Source: Patescibacteria group bacterium (GTDB lineage Bacteria; Patescibacteriota; Saccharimonadia; Saccharimonadales; JAUPVS01). From it: a stretch of 50,453 nt of DNA. Positions 39,383 through 48,988 of the stretch are shown one piece after another. Positions within the stretch are counted from its first letter, which is position 1, and every line of letters begins with the position of its first letter. The stretch covers positions 1-50,453 of the forward strand of contig JAUPVS010000005.1 in assembly GCA_030916945.1 (NCBI GenBank), in the 5' to 3' direction. A model generated the notes under the pieces. The model worked only from the letters and a program-made list of their open reading frames with translations. It did not search any database and had not been told where the DNA came from. Both the position numbers and the translations under genes were made by a program.

Positions 39383-40360
39383 CTAGTAAGTGGCCGGAAC
39401 GGAGTGCATCTCGTGGGTTTGATGCTTATCTTCGATATGCTTACGAATCATCAAGGCAGCGGTGGCGCCCTCGCCAACAGCGCTGGCAATCTGCATGGTT
39501 GCGCCGCTTCTTACATCACCGGCCGCAAACACGCCTGGCATGGTAGTTTCGAGGCTAGTATTAGTCTTAATAAGCCCAACTTCATCGAGCTCGACTTGGC
39601 TGTCTTTTAAGAACTGGGTGTTAGGCATTAAGCCAACAAATATGAACACACCGTCAGTAGCAAACTCCACCTTTTTGCCGGTGGCCGTATCGGTACCGAC
39701 AACCTTAGTGACCTTGCCGTCTTCACCAACAATTTCGTCGGTGGTGGTACCAAGGTGAACAGTAATCTTGTCTTTATGCTTTTCGAGTTCTTTTTGCAGA
39801 ACGTCCGAAGCGCGCATCTTGCTGCGCACTAACAGGTCGATCTTGGTCGCAAAACGAGTTAAGAAGATGGCCTCCTGAACAGCCGAGTTACCGCCGCCAA
39901 CCACCACCAAACGCTTATCGCGGTAAAAGGCGCCGTCGCAGGTGGCACAGTAATGCACGCCACGGGCGTAAAACTCTTTCTCGCCCGGTACATTAATTTT
40001 TTTGTAATCACTACCTGTGGCAATTAAAACTGTTTCGGCCAGAATGTCGCCGCTGGTGGTATCGAGTTTAATGTGATCGCCTTCACACTTTAGGCCCATG
40101 ACTTCGCCTAGTTCAATCTGGGCACCAAACCGCTCGGCCTGCAGGCGCAAGGCCTCGGCTAGCTCCAAACCGGCAATACCCTTGGCAAAACCCGGATAGT
40201 TGTCGACCCAGTCGGTAATGGCCGCCAAGCCGCCAATAACGCCTTTTTCGAACAACAGCGTCTGAATATCTTCGCGGGTAGTATACACAGCCGCCGTCAA
40301 TGCCGCCGGACCAGCCCCAATCATCACAACTTGGTTCACTTTAGGCTTTTCTTCCGACAT
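39383..40360 (-). CDS. trxB: Thioredoxin reductase
   Basis: IGAGPAA, NYPGF, GVHYCATCDG, VVGGGNSA..EA and GVFAAGDV motifs. Probable start ATG 40360. Confidence 0.93.
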   Translation of the reverse strand: MSEEKPKVNQVVMIGAGPAALTAAVYTTREDIQTLLFEKGVIGGLAAITDWVDNYPGFAKGIAGLELAEALRLQAERFGAQIELGEVMGLKCEGDHIKLDTTSGDILAETVLIATGSDYKKINVPGEKEFYARGVHYCATCDGAFYRDKRLVVVGGGNSAVQEAIFLTRFATKIDLLVRSKMRASDVLQKELEKHKDKITVHLGTTTDEIVGEDGKVTKVVGTDTATGKKVEFATDGVFIFVGLMPNTQFLKDSQVELDEVGLIKTNTSLETTMPGVFAAGDVRSGATMQIASAVGEGATAALMIRKHIEDKHQTHEMHSVPATY

Positions 40361-40429
40361 CGACAATTCCTCTCTCTAAATTTGTGTGTCCTATTATGAA
40401 GTTTCTTTTCGGCAGATGCAATACAAGGA

Positions 40430-40487
40430 TGTAACGAATCCTGGAACGAGCCGTATTTACATACGGCGAGTGAAGCATGGAGTTACA
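40430..40487. repeat. Imperfect palindromic element (REP/RPE-like)
   Basis: Core GCCGTAT-TTAC-ATACGGC (40450-40467) with outer arms TGTAAC (40430-40435) and GTTACA (40482-40487). No U tract. Confidence 0.55.
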
Positions 40488-40516
40488 GACACAGCAGTGC
40501 GCTGACTAAAAGGAAC

Positions 40517-40765
40517 TTAAGCAACGGCGGGTGCTAGCTTGGCTAAGTTGAACCCAACCACCACTTCCTTACTATCGTCGTCTTTGGTGACAACGGTAAC
40601 AGGAACAGTTAAGGCACCGCTCAACTCCAAAGCTTCTTTTTGGCGCTCTGGGTTGGTGTCTAGGTTGACCTCTTGATACGTCATGCCTTTAGACTGCAAG
40701 TAGCGCTTAACCATGCTGCAGTAGCCGCAAGTGTTAGTAGTAAAGATAGTGATGTCTTTAGCCAT
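40517..40765 (-). CDS. Glutaredoxin-like protein (NrdH-redoxin type)
   Basis: ITIFT...CGYC, L...G..Y.E.N, SG..TVPV and VGFN motifs; 82 aa. Confidence 0.9.
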   Translation of the reverse strand: MAKDITIFTTNTCGYCSMVKRYLQSKGMTYQEVNLDTNPERQKEALELSGALTVPVTVVTKDDDSKEVVVGFNLAKLAPAVA

Positions 40766-40849
40766 TTTAATTCCCTATTTCCCCTCTTTTGTTAGAACTT
40801 TTTTATGGTGTTTTTTGCTTTAATTTTTAGTTATTAAGCTATTACAAGA

Positions 40850-40898
40850 AAAGTATATATGGTGCTTATGATAAAAGCAATACCGCTATATGTTGTGT
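40850..40898 (-). promoter_or_regulatory. Promoter TTGCTT-17-TATACT with two NrdR-box-like operators
   Basis: Minus strand ACACAACATATAGCGG (40898-40883) and GCACCATATATACTTT (40865-40850), 33 bp apart, resembling acaCwAtATaTwGtgt. The -35 is at 40880-40875 and the -10 at 40857-40852. Confidence 0.65.
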
Positions 40899-40928
40899 TT
40901 TTTTACTTTTTAAGGGCTCTAGAGGTGG

Positions 40929-41441
40929 CTACTGGACAGCCGTCAGAGTAACGTCAAAAACTAGGGCCGAATTAGGTGGAATAGCTGGTGTTGGCGACTG
41001 GTCACCGTAGGCCAAGTTAGCCGGAATAATTAGGCGGCGCGAGCCTCCAACTTTCATACCGGGGATTCCGTCTTGCCAGCCCTTAATTACTTGGCTGAGC
41101 GACAGACTAATCGGTTCGCTGCTAGAGTCGAACACGCTACCGTCTTTTACTAAAGCGCCGGTGTAGGTGACGCTCACCGTGGAGCCAGCCTTGGCTTCGG
41201 CACCATCACCAACCTTGGTATCGGTGATTTTTAGCTCGGTAACGGGGTCGCTGCTAGGCGTAAAGTTGGCTAGTGTCTGATTGCTGCTTTGTGATGTTGT
41301 GTCCACTTTTTCGGCATCCTTCTTATTATTACTTTCTTGAGTCATGGTCCATATAACAGCTACGCTGGTGGCGAGCGAGGCGACTAAAAAGAACAGGGCG
41401 GCAATGAGGGCACCGATTCGTTGCGATTTCTTAGCTGCCAT
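40929..41441 (-). CDS. Membrane-anchored FKBP-type peptidyl-prolyl isomerase
   Basis: TM, then V.V.YTG.L...G.VFDSS, VIKGW..G..GMKVG..RRL.IP..LAYG and IPPNS.LVFDV. Confidence 0.93.
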   Translation of the reverse strand: MAAKKSQRIGALIAALFFLVASLATSVAVIWTMTQESNNKKDAEKVDTTSQSSNQTLANFTPSSDPVTELKITDTKVGDGAEAKAGSTVSVTYTGALVKDGSVFDSSSEPISLSLSQVIKGWQDGIPGMKVGGSRRLIIPANLAYGDQSPTPAIPPNSALVFDVTLTAVQ

Positions 41442-41936
41442 CTAGTCTTCTTCCTCCTCTTTATTGTTCACATCAGTATAGCTGATTTCGGCTTGGGATT
41501 GAATCTGTTTTGGCTCTTTCGGGAAACCATCGCGCAAAGCGACTAGTAGTTCTTGCTGCAACGCCTTAGACCGGAACGGTAAGCCGGCGAACTTACTAAC
41601 TGGCACCCACAGCGGTTCAAATAAATTCTGCCCCATCTCGTTCAACTTGGCCTCGATGCTGTCGGGCTGCAGCTTCATGTCGCCGTCCTGATATTGGCAA
41701 ACAAAAATGTACTGAATACCGTAAGGAACGCCGGCGTCTTCTATATAAACTAGTTGCGGGTTGGTCACGATCAGGTTAGTTTCTTCTTTAATTTCACGCA
41801 CCGCGGCGGCATCGGCCGTTTCACCGATATCAATCCCCCCACCTGGCAGGCAGTAGTAGATACTACCGAACTTGTTGCGCTTCATTAACAAAATATTTTG
41901 GTTATGCACCACAATGGCGCGGGCGGCTTTTCTCAT
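41442..41936 (-). CDS. Nudix hydrolase
   Basis: LPGGGIDIGETADAAAVREIKEETNL. Start ATG 41936. Confidence 0.9.
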   Translation of the reverse strand: MRKAARAIVVHNQNILLMKRNKFGSIYYCLPGGGIDIGETADAAAVREIKEETNLIVTNPQLVYIEDAGVPYGIQYIFVCQYQDGDMKLQPDSIEAKLNEMGQNLFEPLWVPVSKFAGLPFRSKALQQELLVALRDGFPKEPKQIQSQAEISYTDVNNKEEEED

Positions 41937-41955
41937 ATAAAGATAGTATACACCG

Positions 41956-42759
41956 CTAGCGTCCGACCGCACCAACGTCAATGCTGGTGGCGTCAACGGG
42001 CTGTAGGTAGTTAATAAAGTTGATTATTTGCGGGTCAGATCCTAGTGGGTAGTCACACTCCACAACAATGCTGGTCGTCCCTTTTACTACCAGAAAGAAA
42101 TCAGTCCGCGGCAAGCTATCCCGGCTATAGGTGACATTTCGCCGGACTTTGTAAACGGTATCCCCGGCCGAGTCTTTGCCCACTTGGTCGCAGTAGTAAC
42201 TGGTTTTGCCGCAGTCGCTGTTGCTAGACAGCGGCCACTTGCTGCGGTTTTTCAGTTGACCGGTTTGAAACTGAGTCGTCTTATAGACGATATTTGTTGC
42301 TGTCTGAGAGTAGTCAACATTAAAGTACGGGCCATTGCCAACCGCTTCGGCCTCAATCGCTAGATAGCCTCGTTCATACTGCGTCGAGTCGGTAATCAGG
42401 TATACCTGGAACTGTAGGTTAGCAGCGCGTTGGCGGTATTGAGCTACGCGACTGGCCTCTAGGGCTTTTTGGTTCTGTGCTTTTTTGAGATACGCCTGGT
42501 CCTGGTAACGCTTGGTTACATTAAGTGTAAACAAATGCGGGTTACGCACAAAAAGTACTGTGCTGCCCAACACCAGCACAATAATGGTAGCTATGACCAG
42601 CCATTTTACGCGATGATATATCCGCGTCTTAACATTTGGCCTTAATGCCCGAATAATCACCCAAATCAGGAGTATCCCGGCAATCAGCAACCAAATAAAA
42701 TACTTCAACAGTTCGGCCAACAAGCTTAGCCCAACCCCCCAAAAAGTAATAAAGTCCAT
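41956..42759 (-). CDS. Hypothetical membrane protein with extracellular domain
   Basis: Two N-terminal hydrophobic segments and a polar C-terminal domain with a Cys pair. Confidence 0.7.
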   Translation of the reverse strand: MDFITFWGVGLSLLAELLKYFIWLLIAGILLIWVIIRALRPNVKTRIYHRVKWLVIATIIVLVLGSTVLFVRNPHLFTLNVTKRYQDQAYLKKAQNQKALEASRVAQYRQRAANLQFQVYLITDSTQYERGYLAIEAEAVGNGPYFNVDYSQTATNIVYKTTQFQTGQLKNRSKWPLSSNSDCGKTSYYCDQVGKDSAGDTVYKVRRNVTYSRDSLPRTDFFLVVKGTTSIVVECDYPLGSDPQIINFINYLQPVDATSIDVGAVGR

Positions 42760-42761
42760 GC

Positions 42762-44528
42762 TTAGTTCAACTCGTAAGCTTTTAATTTTTTCTTGTTAGC
42801 GTCGGTTTTACCTTGCTGCAGCTTGAGCAATTGGTCGTAAATGCCGCCGCTCTTAGCCAGTTCGTCGGGCGAGCCGATTTCGGCCACGGTACCATTCTGC
42901 AAAGTTATGATCTGGTCGACATTCTGAATGGTGCTCAGGCGGTGGGCAATAATTATGGTGGTACGACCCTTCATTAGGTGCTGCAAGGCATCTTGCACCA
43001 TGTGTTCGCTTTTGCTGTCTAGGCTGCTGGTGGCTTCGTCCAAAACCAAGATGGGAGCGTCTTTAAGTAGGGCGCGGGCAATGGCAATTCGTTGCTTCTG
43101 GCCACCACTTAGCTTAAGGCCGCGTTCGCCAATTTCGGTGTCGTAACCTTTTTCGAGCTTGCTAACAAACTCGTCGGCATTAGCTGCCTTGGCAGCCGCC
43201 ACGACATCTTTCATGGTGGCCTTAGAGTTGGCATAGGCGATGTTTTCAAAAATGGTGCCGCTAAATAGCGCCGGGTCCTGAAAGACCACACCAATGTTAC
43301 GGCGCAAACTTTGTTGGCTAACATGATTGATATCCTGGGAGTCAATAAAGATCGAGCCTTCTTGGGGTTCGTACAAACGCAACAACAGATTGGTCAAGGT
43401 AGTCTTGCCTTCACCACTTTCGCCGACTAGGGCAACTTTGGTGTCAGGGGCAATCTTAAGTGAGATGTCTTTGATGACCTTTTTGTCACGGTAAGAAAAT
43501 GTCACATGATCAAACTCAATTTCACCTTTGGTGACCTTCATGGTTTTAGCATCGGGGTTGTCGCTAATCTGGGGCTCGAGGTTCATGACTTCAAAGTAGT
43601 CTTTACTGTCGGCCACGGCCCGCTGAGTGTTCTCGACCAAGAAGCTGATGGTAAAGATCGGTATACGAATCTGCATAGCGTACAAAATTAAGGCCACGGC
43701 CTGACCAGTACTGAAGTGACCATTAACGGCTTGGACAAATATCAACAGATAGACGCCTAGGAAGATGACATTTAAGACCAAGCGGCGCTGCACATCGCGC
43801 TTGTGCCACAGGTGCGATTGTGGCTGAACGGTTTTTACAATCGTGTCGTAATACTTACTAAAAAAGCTGAGTTCGCGCTTTTCTTGAATAAAGCTCTTAA
43901 CCACCTTAATTTGGCTGATCGACTCGGCAAAGCGACCGCTGGCGATGTCGGTATTGAGGTTAATTTTTGCTTGGTACTTTTGCCACTTGCCGCTAGTTTT
44001 AACGGTCATGTATATGTAGATCGGATAAAGCGAGGCCAGCAATATGGCGATTGGCCAGCTGTAGTAAGCAATTATCCCCAGCGCAAAGATAGTGCTGAAG
44101 ATAAACTGTAGGAAGTTATTACTCCACATCAGCATAAAGTTAGTGATCTGGGTAATCGAACGATTCAAACGATTGATAATCTTGCCCGACAGCTCAGTAT
44201 CAAAATAGTCCTGCGGCAAAGATAATAAGTGTTGGTAATAGTTATGACTTAGGGTACGTTGCAAGCGGACGCCCATTTGGTCACCGTAGTAGCCGCCAAT
44301 GTTACTTAAGAAAGTACTGGCCACATCTAGGGCAAAGATACCAATCGCCAACCAGACAACCTTGGCGACTTCGCCTTGGGCGTTAGTTTGAATGGCGTCA
44401 ATAGCCCGGCCACTGAGCATTGGTACCAACAAGCCAACCACGGCCACTAAAATAGAAATGCCGCTAACTGTTAGATAGTACGGCCATAACTGCTTGGTAT
44501 AAGTGATTATCCGCCAGATCGATTTCAT
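42762..44528 (-). CDS. ABC exporter, fused permease/ATPase (MsbA/Sav1866-like)
   Basis: Six-TM N-domain; [33 protein letters not shown] and IAHRLST. Confidence 0.95.
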   Translation of the reverse strand: MKSIWRIITYTKQLWPYYLTVSGISILVAVVGLLVPMLSGRAIDAIQTNAQGEVAKVVWLAIGIFALDVASTFLSNIGGYYGDQMGVRLQRTLSHNYYQHLLSLPQDYFDTELSGKIINRLNRSITQITNFMLMWSNNFLQFIFSTIFALGIIAYYSWPIAILLASLYPIYIYMTVKTSGKWQKYQAKINLNTDIASGRFAESISQIKVVKSFIQEKRELSFFSKYYDTIVKTVQPQSHLWHKRDVQRRLVLNVIFLGVYLLIFVQAVNGHFSTGQAVALILYAMQIRIPIFTISFLVENTQRAVADSKDYFEVMNLEPQISDNPDAKTMKVTKGEIEFDHVTFSYRDKKVIKDISLKIAPDTKVALVGESGEGKTTLTNLLLRLYEPQEGSIFIDSQDINHVSQQSLRRNIGVVFQDPALFSGTIFENIAYANSKATMKDVVAAAKAANADEFVSKLEKGYDTEIGERGLKLSGGQKQRIAIARALLKDAPILVLDEATSSLDSKSEHMVQDALQHLMKGRTTIIIAHRLSTIQNVDQIITLQNGTVAEIGSPDELAKSGGIYDQLLKLQQGKTDANKKKLKAYELN

Positions 44529-44538
44529 CTGGGTGTTA

Positions 44539-45090
44539 TTATAGTGACTTCTTTGGTCGCATTACAACCGACAAAACAAAGGCCAGAGCATAGAACACGG
44601 CGCTATATAAGAAAAGAGTGGCATATAGCTCGGCTTTATAACCTTCGTTAAAATGAATATAGAAATACTGGGTGGCCGTTACGGCGTAAGCGGCCGTACA
44701 AAGGGTAGCGGCAGCAAACACTGCGCTACGGCTAAGTAGTGCCAACGAACTAACAATCGGCAAGGCATAAAGCGCCACGCCCCGACTGGCCATGCCGCGC
44801 TCGGTAAACACCACAAAACTGGCTAGGACAACTTGCGCCAAAATTATGCCAACGATCAGGACTTTGTAATAGGCTGGGTTTTTACTGTTGTAGCGACTAA
44901 GGTACCAAGTAGCGGCGGTTACTAATAACAGGGCACCGCACATCATCCAACGCTGCGAGGTCAGTTCTCTGGTAACCAAGTTCCAGGCATCGCTGGCAAT
45001 AATAAAAACGGCCAAGACGGCGGCTAGGCCAAGGTTTACTCGGGTAAGGCGTTCAGCATTTTGCTGTAAGTTTTTGATTTGGTTTTGCAT
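44539..45090 (-). CDS. Hypothetical integral membrane protein
   Basis: Five to six hydrophobic segments. Confidence 0.75.
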   Translation of the reverse strand: MQNQIKNLQQNAERLTRVNLGLAAVLAVFIIASDAWNLVTRELTSQRWMMCGALLLVTAATWYLSRYNSKNPAYYKVLIVGIILAQVVLASFVVFTERGMASRGVALYALPIVSSLALLSRSAVFAAATLCTAAYAVTATQYFYIHFNEGYKAELYATLFLYSAVFYALAFVLSVVMRPKKSL

Positions 45091-45129
45091 AACTGGTTAA
45101 GGCTATTGTAGCATGCGTCGCGCTCTGGC

Positions 45130-46935
45130 TTACCAGCCGCCGCCACCACCACCGCCACCGCCACCACCAGAGAAACCGCCGCCGCCAAAGCCACTCGAGC
45201 CGGAGCTGGATGGTGCCATGAATGCCGCTGTGCTGGCGCTATTAAATGAACCGAGTGAACCAATCAGGTAGCCGGTAGTAAATGGACGCGAACTGCCCTG
45301 GTACCAGCTAGGTGCTTCGGTATAGAGGTCTTCGAACTGCTTGGCCCAACCTTTTTCGATGCCAAAGATCATGGCATACGGTAGTAGCTTTTCAAAAAGT
45401 TTGAGCTGGTTGACCGGCTTAGACGGATCGCCCCACTGGCGGACGCCCTCGGGACTTTGCAGGTAACGCAAGCGATCGGCTTCGGCCAGTTCCATGTACA
45501 TTTTTAGGCCTTGTAGATATTCGAAGACCTCGACACCTTTAGGCGTGCGGGCCGACATTGCCTTAGCAAAAACAATAAACAAGAAGCCGCCGACTATCAG
45601 GCCAATCCCTAAAGCCAAAAATAATAGCGATACCTGTGTTAACAGCAAACTAATAAACAAGCCTACCCCAAACAACCCGCTGCCAGCGCCATAGTAGCGA
45701 CCAGTAACTTTAACTGGATTATTAGTAAAGTAACCAGCGCTGGTTAGATCAGCCGAAATCGATCTGGCTAAATTGGCGTATTTGGTAGCCAACTTGGTTT
45801 TAAGATCTGCCAGGGCAACTTTTTCGCCAACTGTGCCGGCTGTAAAGAACAGTTTGGCAGCGGCCTGTTCGCTGGCGCCCAAACTACTTAATGGCTTACG
45901 CAGCTCTAGCTCGTAGTCAGTTTTGTCACGACCAAGTTTTTTAACAGTAGTTTCACGAATAATTAGGACCTTCTGCACGGCTAGCTCAATCATCATCGCC
46001 GATACCGCTTTTTTACTCAGACTTTCGCCTAAAACTACATCGCTAGTTAGGCTATTCAGACCTTTGGGTGGCACATATTGCGGCACTATCGTTCCCCGGC
46101 CCTTGGCATCGCGTCCAACACGGTTCCAACGAATGTAAATATAAAAGGCACTCCAGATAATTGGCCCAGCCAACAGCATAATTAAAGCCACGTTGCGTAA
46201 AATTGCTAGGCGGTGGGCGGCTAGGTCGGGTTTAAAAGTATCCTGGTTAAAGCCCAAAACAAACGACATGTTCTGGCCGCTGTCCAGGTTGTCGGCAGTC
46301 ACTGTCACCAGCGTGCCACCGGCTTCGGGGCTGCGGTTGATGGTACAGTCTTGGGCGGTACTTCCACGCAAACCGGTGTAGCACAGTTGGTCATCTTTTA
46401 AGTCAGCGTTAAGGCTGGCTGGAATATGGATTCGCGCCGTTACTGCACCAAAAGGTTGCGACCAATCGTTGCCATTAACATTCCAATACAGTTCGTCGTG
46501 ATCGTCATAAAAGGTAATCGGGTTCTTAAGTTGGTAGCTTATGTTATAGACCTGGGTGCCGCGGACGTAGCGGCTGGCACTGCCGATTTTTAGAACCAAG
46601 TTGTCGTTACTGGTACTGGTGCTGTAAGGCCAGGCATTACCCCACTGGCTGGTAACACCTGTTATTTTAAGGTCCAGTGGTTGGTCTTTGTAAGTTTTAG
46701 GGATGGCGCGCAAAATGCCGTGGTTCTGGTCGAAGTCCGGGAAAACGGCCACGATTTTTTCTTGCACCTTCATGGTGGGCACACCGTCGGAGCGGCGGTC
46801 TAGGTAGTAATCGGCCGTGAATGATTCGATCTCAAAGTCTTGAGTGCTAGCCTGCGCCCGTGGCATACCCAACGGCAACAGCAAGCTAGCCAATACTGCC
46901 AGTATGGTAAATAGGCCGAGCTGGCGTTTACTCAT
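45130..46935 (-). CDS. DUF2207-domain membrane protein
   Basis: HGI.R.IP, ELYWNV.G..W, FEKLLPYAM.FG....W and a Gly-rich GGGFSGGGGGGGGGGGW end. Probable start ATG 46935. Confidence 0.9.
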   Translation of the reverse strand: MSKRQLGLFTILAVLASLLLPLGMPRAQASTQDFEIESFTADYYLDRRSDGVPTMKVQEKIVAVFPDFDQNHGILRAIPKTYKDQPLDLKITGVTSQWGNAWPYSTSTSNDNLVLKIGSASRYVRGTQVYNISYQLKNPITFYDDHDELYWNVNGNDWSQPFGAVTARIHIPASLNADLKDDQLCYTGLRGSTAQDCTINRSPEAGGTLVTVTADNLDSGQNMSFVLGFNQDTFKPDLAAHRLAILRNVALIMLLAGPIIWSAFYIYIRWNRVGRDAKGRGTIVPQYVPPKGLNSLTSDVVLGESLSKKAVSAMMIELAVQKVLIIRETTVKKLGRDKTDYELELRKPLSSLGASEQAAAKLFFTAGTVGEKVALADLKTKLATKYANLARSISADLTSAGYFTNNPVKVTGRYYGAGSGLFGVGLFISLLLTQVSLLFLALGIGLIVGGFLFIVFAKAMSARTPKGVEVFEYLQGLKMYMELAEADRLRYLQSPEGVRQWGDPSKPVNQLKLFEKLLPYAMIFGIEKGWAKQFEDLYTEAPSWYQGSSRPFTTGYLIGSLGSFNSASTAAFMAPSSSGSSGFGGGGFSGGGGGGGGGGGW

Positions 46936-48217
46936 AGCGCAAGGCTTCGATAGGATCTTTGCGGCTGGCGCGGCGGGCTGGCAAGGCACCAGCCAAAAAG
47001 GCGATAACGATAATTAGGATGATAATTGGAATCATCGCCCGGGTTGGGAACGAGAATAACTCCAAACCTTCGAAGTCTTTGAAAAGTGTATTGGCGGCCA
47101 CCTTGCTACCAATCCGACCAATAATATTGGCGGCACCAAGCGCAATTAAGGCGCCCCAGAAACCAATCAGAATGGCTTCTAGACTAAACAGTGCAAAGAT
47201 TTTGCGGCGCCCCATTCCGAGGGCTTTCATTAGGCCAATCTCGCGGGTTCGTTCTTGAACCGACATAAACAAGGTGTTGACAATGCCAAAGCTGGCGGCC
47301 GCCAGCGCGATACCGGCAAAGACAGCCAAGAATACAGTAATAACATTAATAACATTGTTAATAATGCCTAGTTGGTCCTCTAAGGTAGAGGCGCTGTAGC
47401 CTTGTTCGGCTAGGCGATCCTTAAGGGCTTTGAGGTCGGTTTCACTCATATTAACGTCGAACTTGCCGACCACGTAGGCGTATTGATTACGCTGAAAGTC
47501 GGGCACACCAGCCGTAGCCCTGTTAAAGGCGGCCAGCATAGTGGCATCGTTAACGTTGGCGGCGTTACCTTGGATAAGGGTTTTTTCTTGGACGCCAACC
47601 ACGGTGACTGGGATTTCAAAAATTTGGCCTTGGCTGTCTTTGAAGGCCATGGCAACCTTTTTATTAACAGCGTCTTGGTCGTTAGAAAAACCTAACTTGC
47701 CAACAAAGGCTGGCGGAATAGTGATCTGACTGGTGTCACTGCTATTGTCTACCAGCTTACCGGCGCTTAACGGCTGGTTAAGGCCGTCAACGGCTTGGGT
47801 GGCCGTAATCAAGAACTTACCTTGGCCCTGGCGGGTGATATATTCGGCGGCTACCGGGTAAAATAGCTGAACGCTTTTAATGCCTTCGGTCTTTTCTATC
47901 TTGGCAACGTCCTCGGCGCTTAGCATCGGTGGATTGGTAAAATCGGCCGAGGCCTGTTTTTTGCTGGGGTCGTAATCTTTAGGATTGTCGTTACTGACCG
48001 GACCACCACCTTCGGTTTTGACGCTAATTATCAAAGCGTCTTTGGCACCAACGGCCGAGACTTGTTCATCAACATAGGTTTTTAAGCCCTGCCCCACGCC
48101 TGTGGTAAGCATCAAAGTTAGAGCGCCCATAAAAACGGCGCCGATGGTTAGAAAGGTGCGCAGTTTGCTTTTGCGCAGGTTGCTATTGGCGGTGCGGATA
48201 ATGTCGCGGTATTTCAT
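46928..48217 (-). CDS. ABC transporter permease (MacB/FtsX type)
   Basis: R.KLRT.LT, a large extracytoplasmic loop, GIVNT..MSV.ERTREIGLMKALG and PARRAS..DPIEALRYE. Confidence 0.93.
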   Translation of the reverse strand: MKYRDIIRTANSNLRKSKLRTFLTIGAVFMGALTLMLTTGVGQGLKTYVDEQVSAVGAKDALIISVKTEGGGPVSNDNPKDYDPSKKQASADFTNPPMLSAEDVAKIEKTEGIKSVQLFYPVAAEYITRQGQGKFLITATQAVDGLNQPLSAGKLVDNSSDTSQITIPPAFVGKLGFSNDQDAVNKKVAMAFKDSQGQIFEIPVTVVGVQEKTLIQGNAANVNDATMLAAFNRATAGVPDFQRNQYAYVVGKFDVNMSETDLKALKDRLAEQGYSASTLEDQLGIINNVINVITVFLAVFAGIALAAASFGIVNTLFMSVQERTREIGLMKALGMGRRKIFALFSLEAILIGFWGALIALGAANIIGRIGSKVAANTLFKDFEGLELFSFPTRAMIPIIILIIVIAFLAGALPARRASRKDPIEALRYE

Positions 48218-48930
48218 TATTTGCTACCTCGCTTGCCAGCGGCTTTATTTACGGTAACGCTAACAATTTTGCCGTCTTTAATATGAACCTCGCGTTGGCA
48301 GCGCTTAGCTAGGTCGGGGTCGTGGGTTACAAAAATCAGCGTAATACCCTTCTTCTTATTTAAAGAAAACAGCAGGGACTCAATTTTGCTACCAGTTTGA
48401 CTGTCAAGGTTACCGGTTGGTTCGTCGGCAAAAATAACTTTGGGGTTATTTATTAGAGCCCGGGCAATACAAACCCGCTGCTTCTGGCCACCACTTAAAT
48501 TAGACGCCTTACTATTGGCTTTATCATCGAGCTCGACAGCCTTTAAAACTTCTAGGCCGCGGCGCTTGCGTTCGCGTGGCGTAATACCGGCAATCTTTAA
48601 CGGCAAGACGACGTTACTGAGTACCGTTTCGTCGCCGTTTAAAAAGAACTGCTGAAACACAAAACCAAACTCGTCGTTGCGCAGCCGATCGACCTTCTTG
48701 CGATTCATCTGCGAGGCGTTGGCACCATTAACACTGATGCTGCCACTGGTGGGCGTGTCGAGCAAAGCCAACAGGTGCATTAAGGTGGACTTGCCGGAGC
48801 CGCTCTTGCCAATGACGGCAACAACTTCGCCTTCGCCAATAGTTAGATCAACACCCTTGAGGGCCGAAAAAGCGCTCTCGCCCTTACCATAGGTTTTAAC
48901 AATGTTTTTAGCTGTAATAACGTCGGCCAT
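48217..48930 (-). CDS. ABC transporter ATP-binding protein (LolD/MacB type)
   Basis: [32 protein letters not shown] and VTHD. Confidence 0.95.
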   Translation of the reverse strand: MADVITAKNIVKTYGKGESAFSALKGVDLTIGEGEVVAVIGKSGSGKSTLMHLLALLDTPTSGSISVNGANASQMNRKKVDRLRNDEFGFVFQQFFLNGDETVLSNVVLPLKIAGITPRERKRRGLEVLKAVELDDKANSKASNLSGGQKQRVCIARALINNPKVIFADEPTGNLDSQTGSKIESLLFSLNKKKGITLIFVTHDPDLAKRCQREVHIKDGKIVSVTVNKAAGKRGSK

Positions 48931-48988
48931 AATCCTCCTCGATTCTATTTAAGCTTATCATTCTCGTGGGCGGCTGTATACTGTCAAT

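Noticed and set aside
45136-45186. GCC/ACC triplet run as a contingency microsatellite
   Set aside because: It encodes the normal Gly-rich C-terminus of DUF2207 proteins, using mixed codons.
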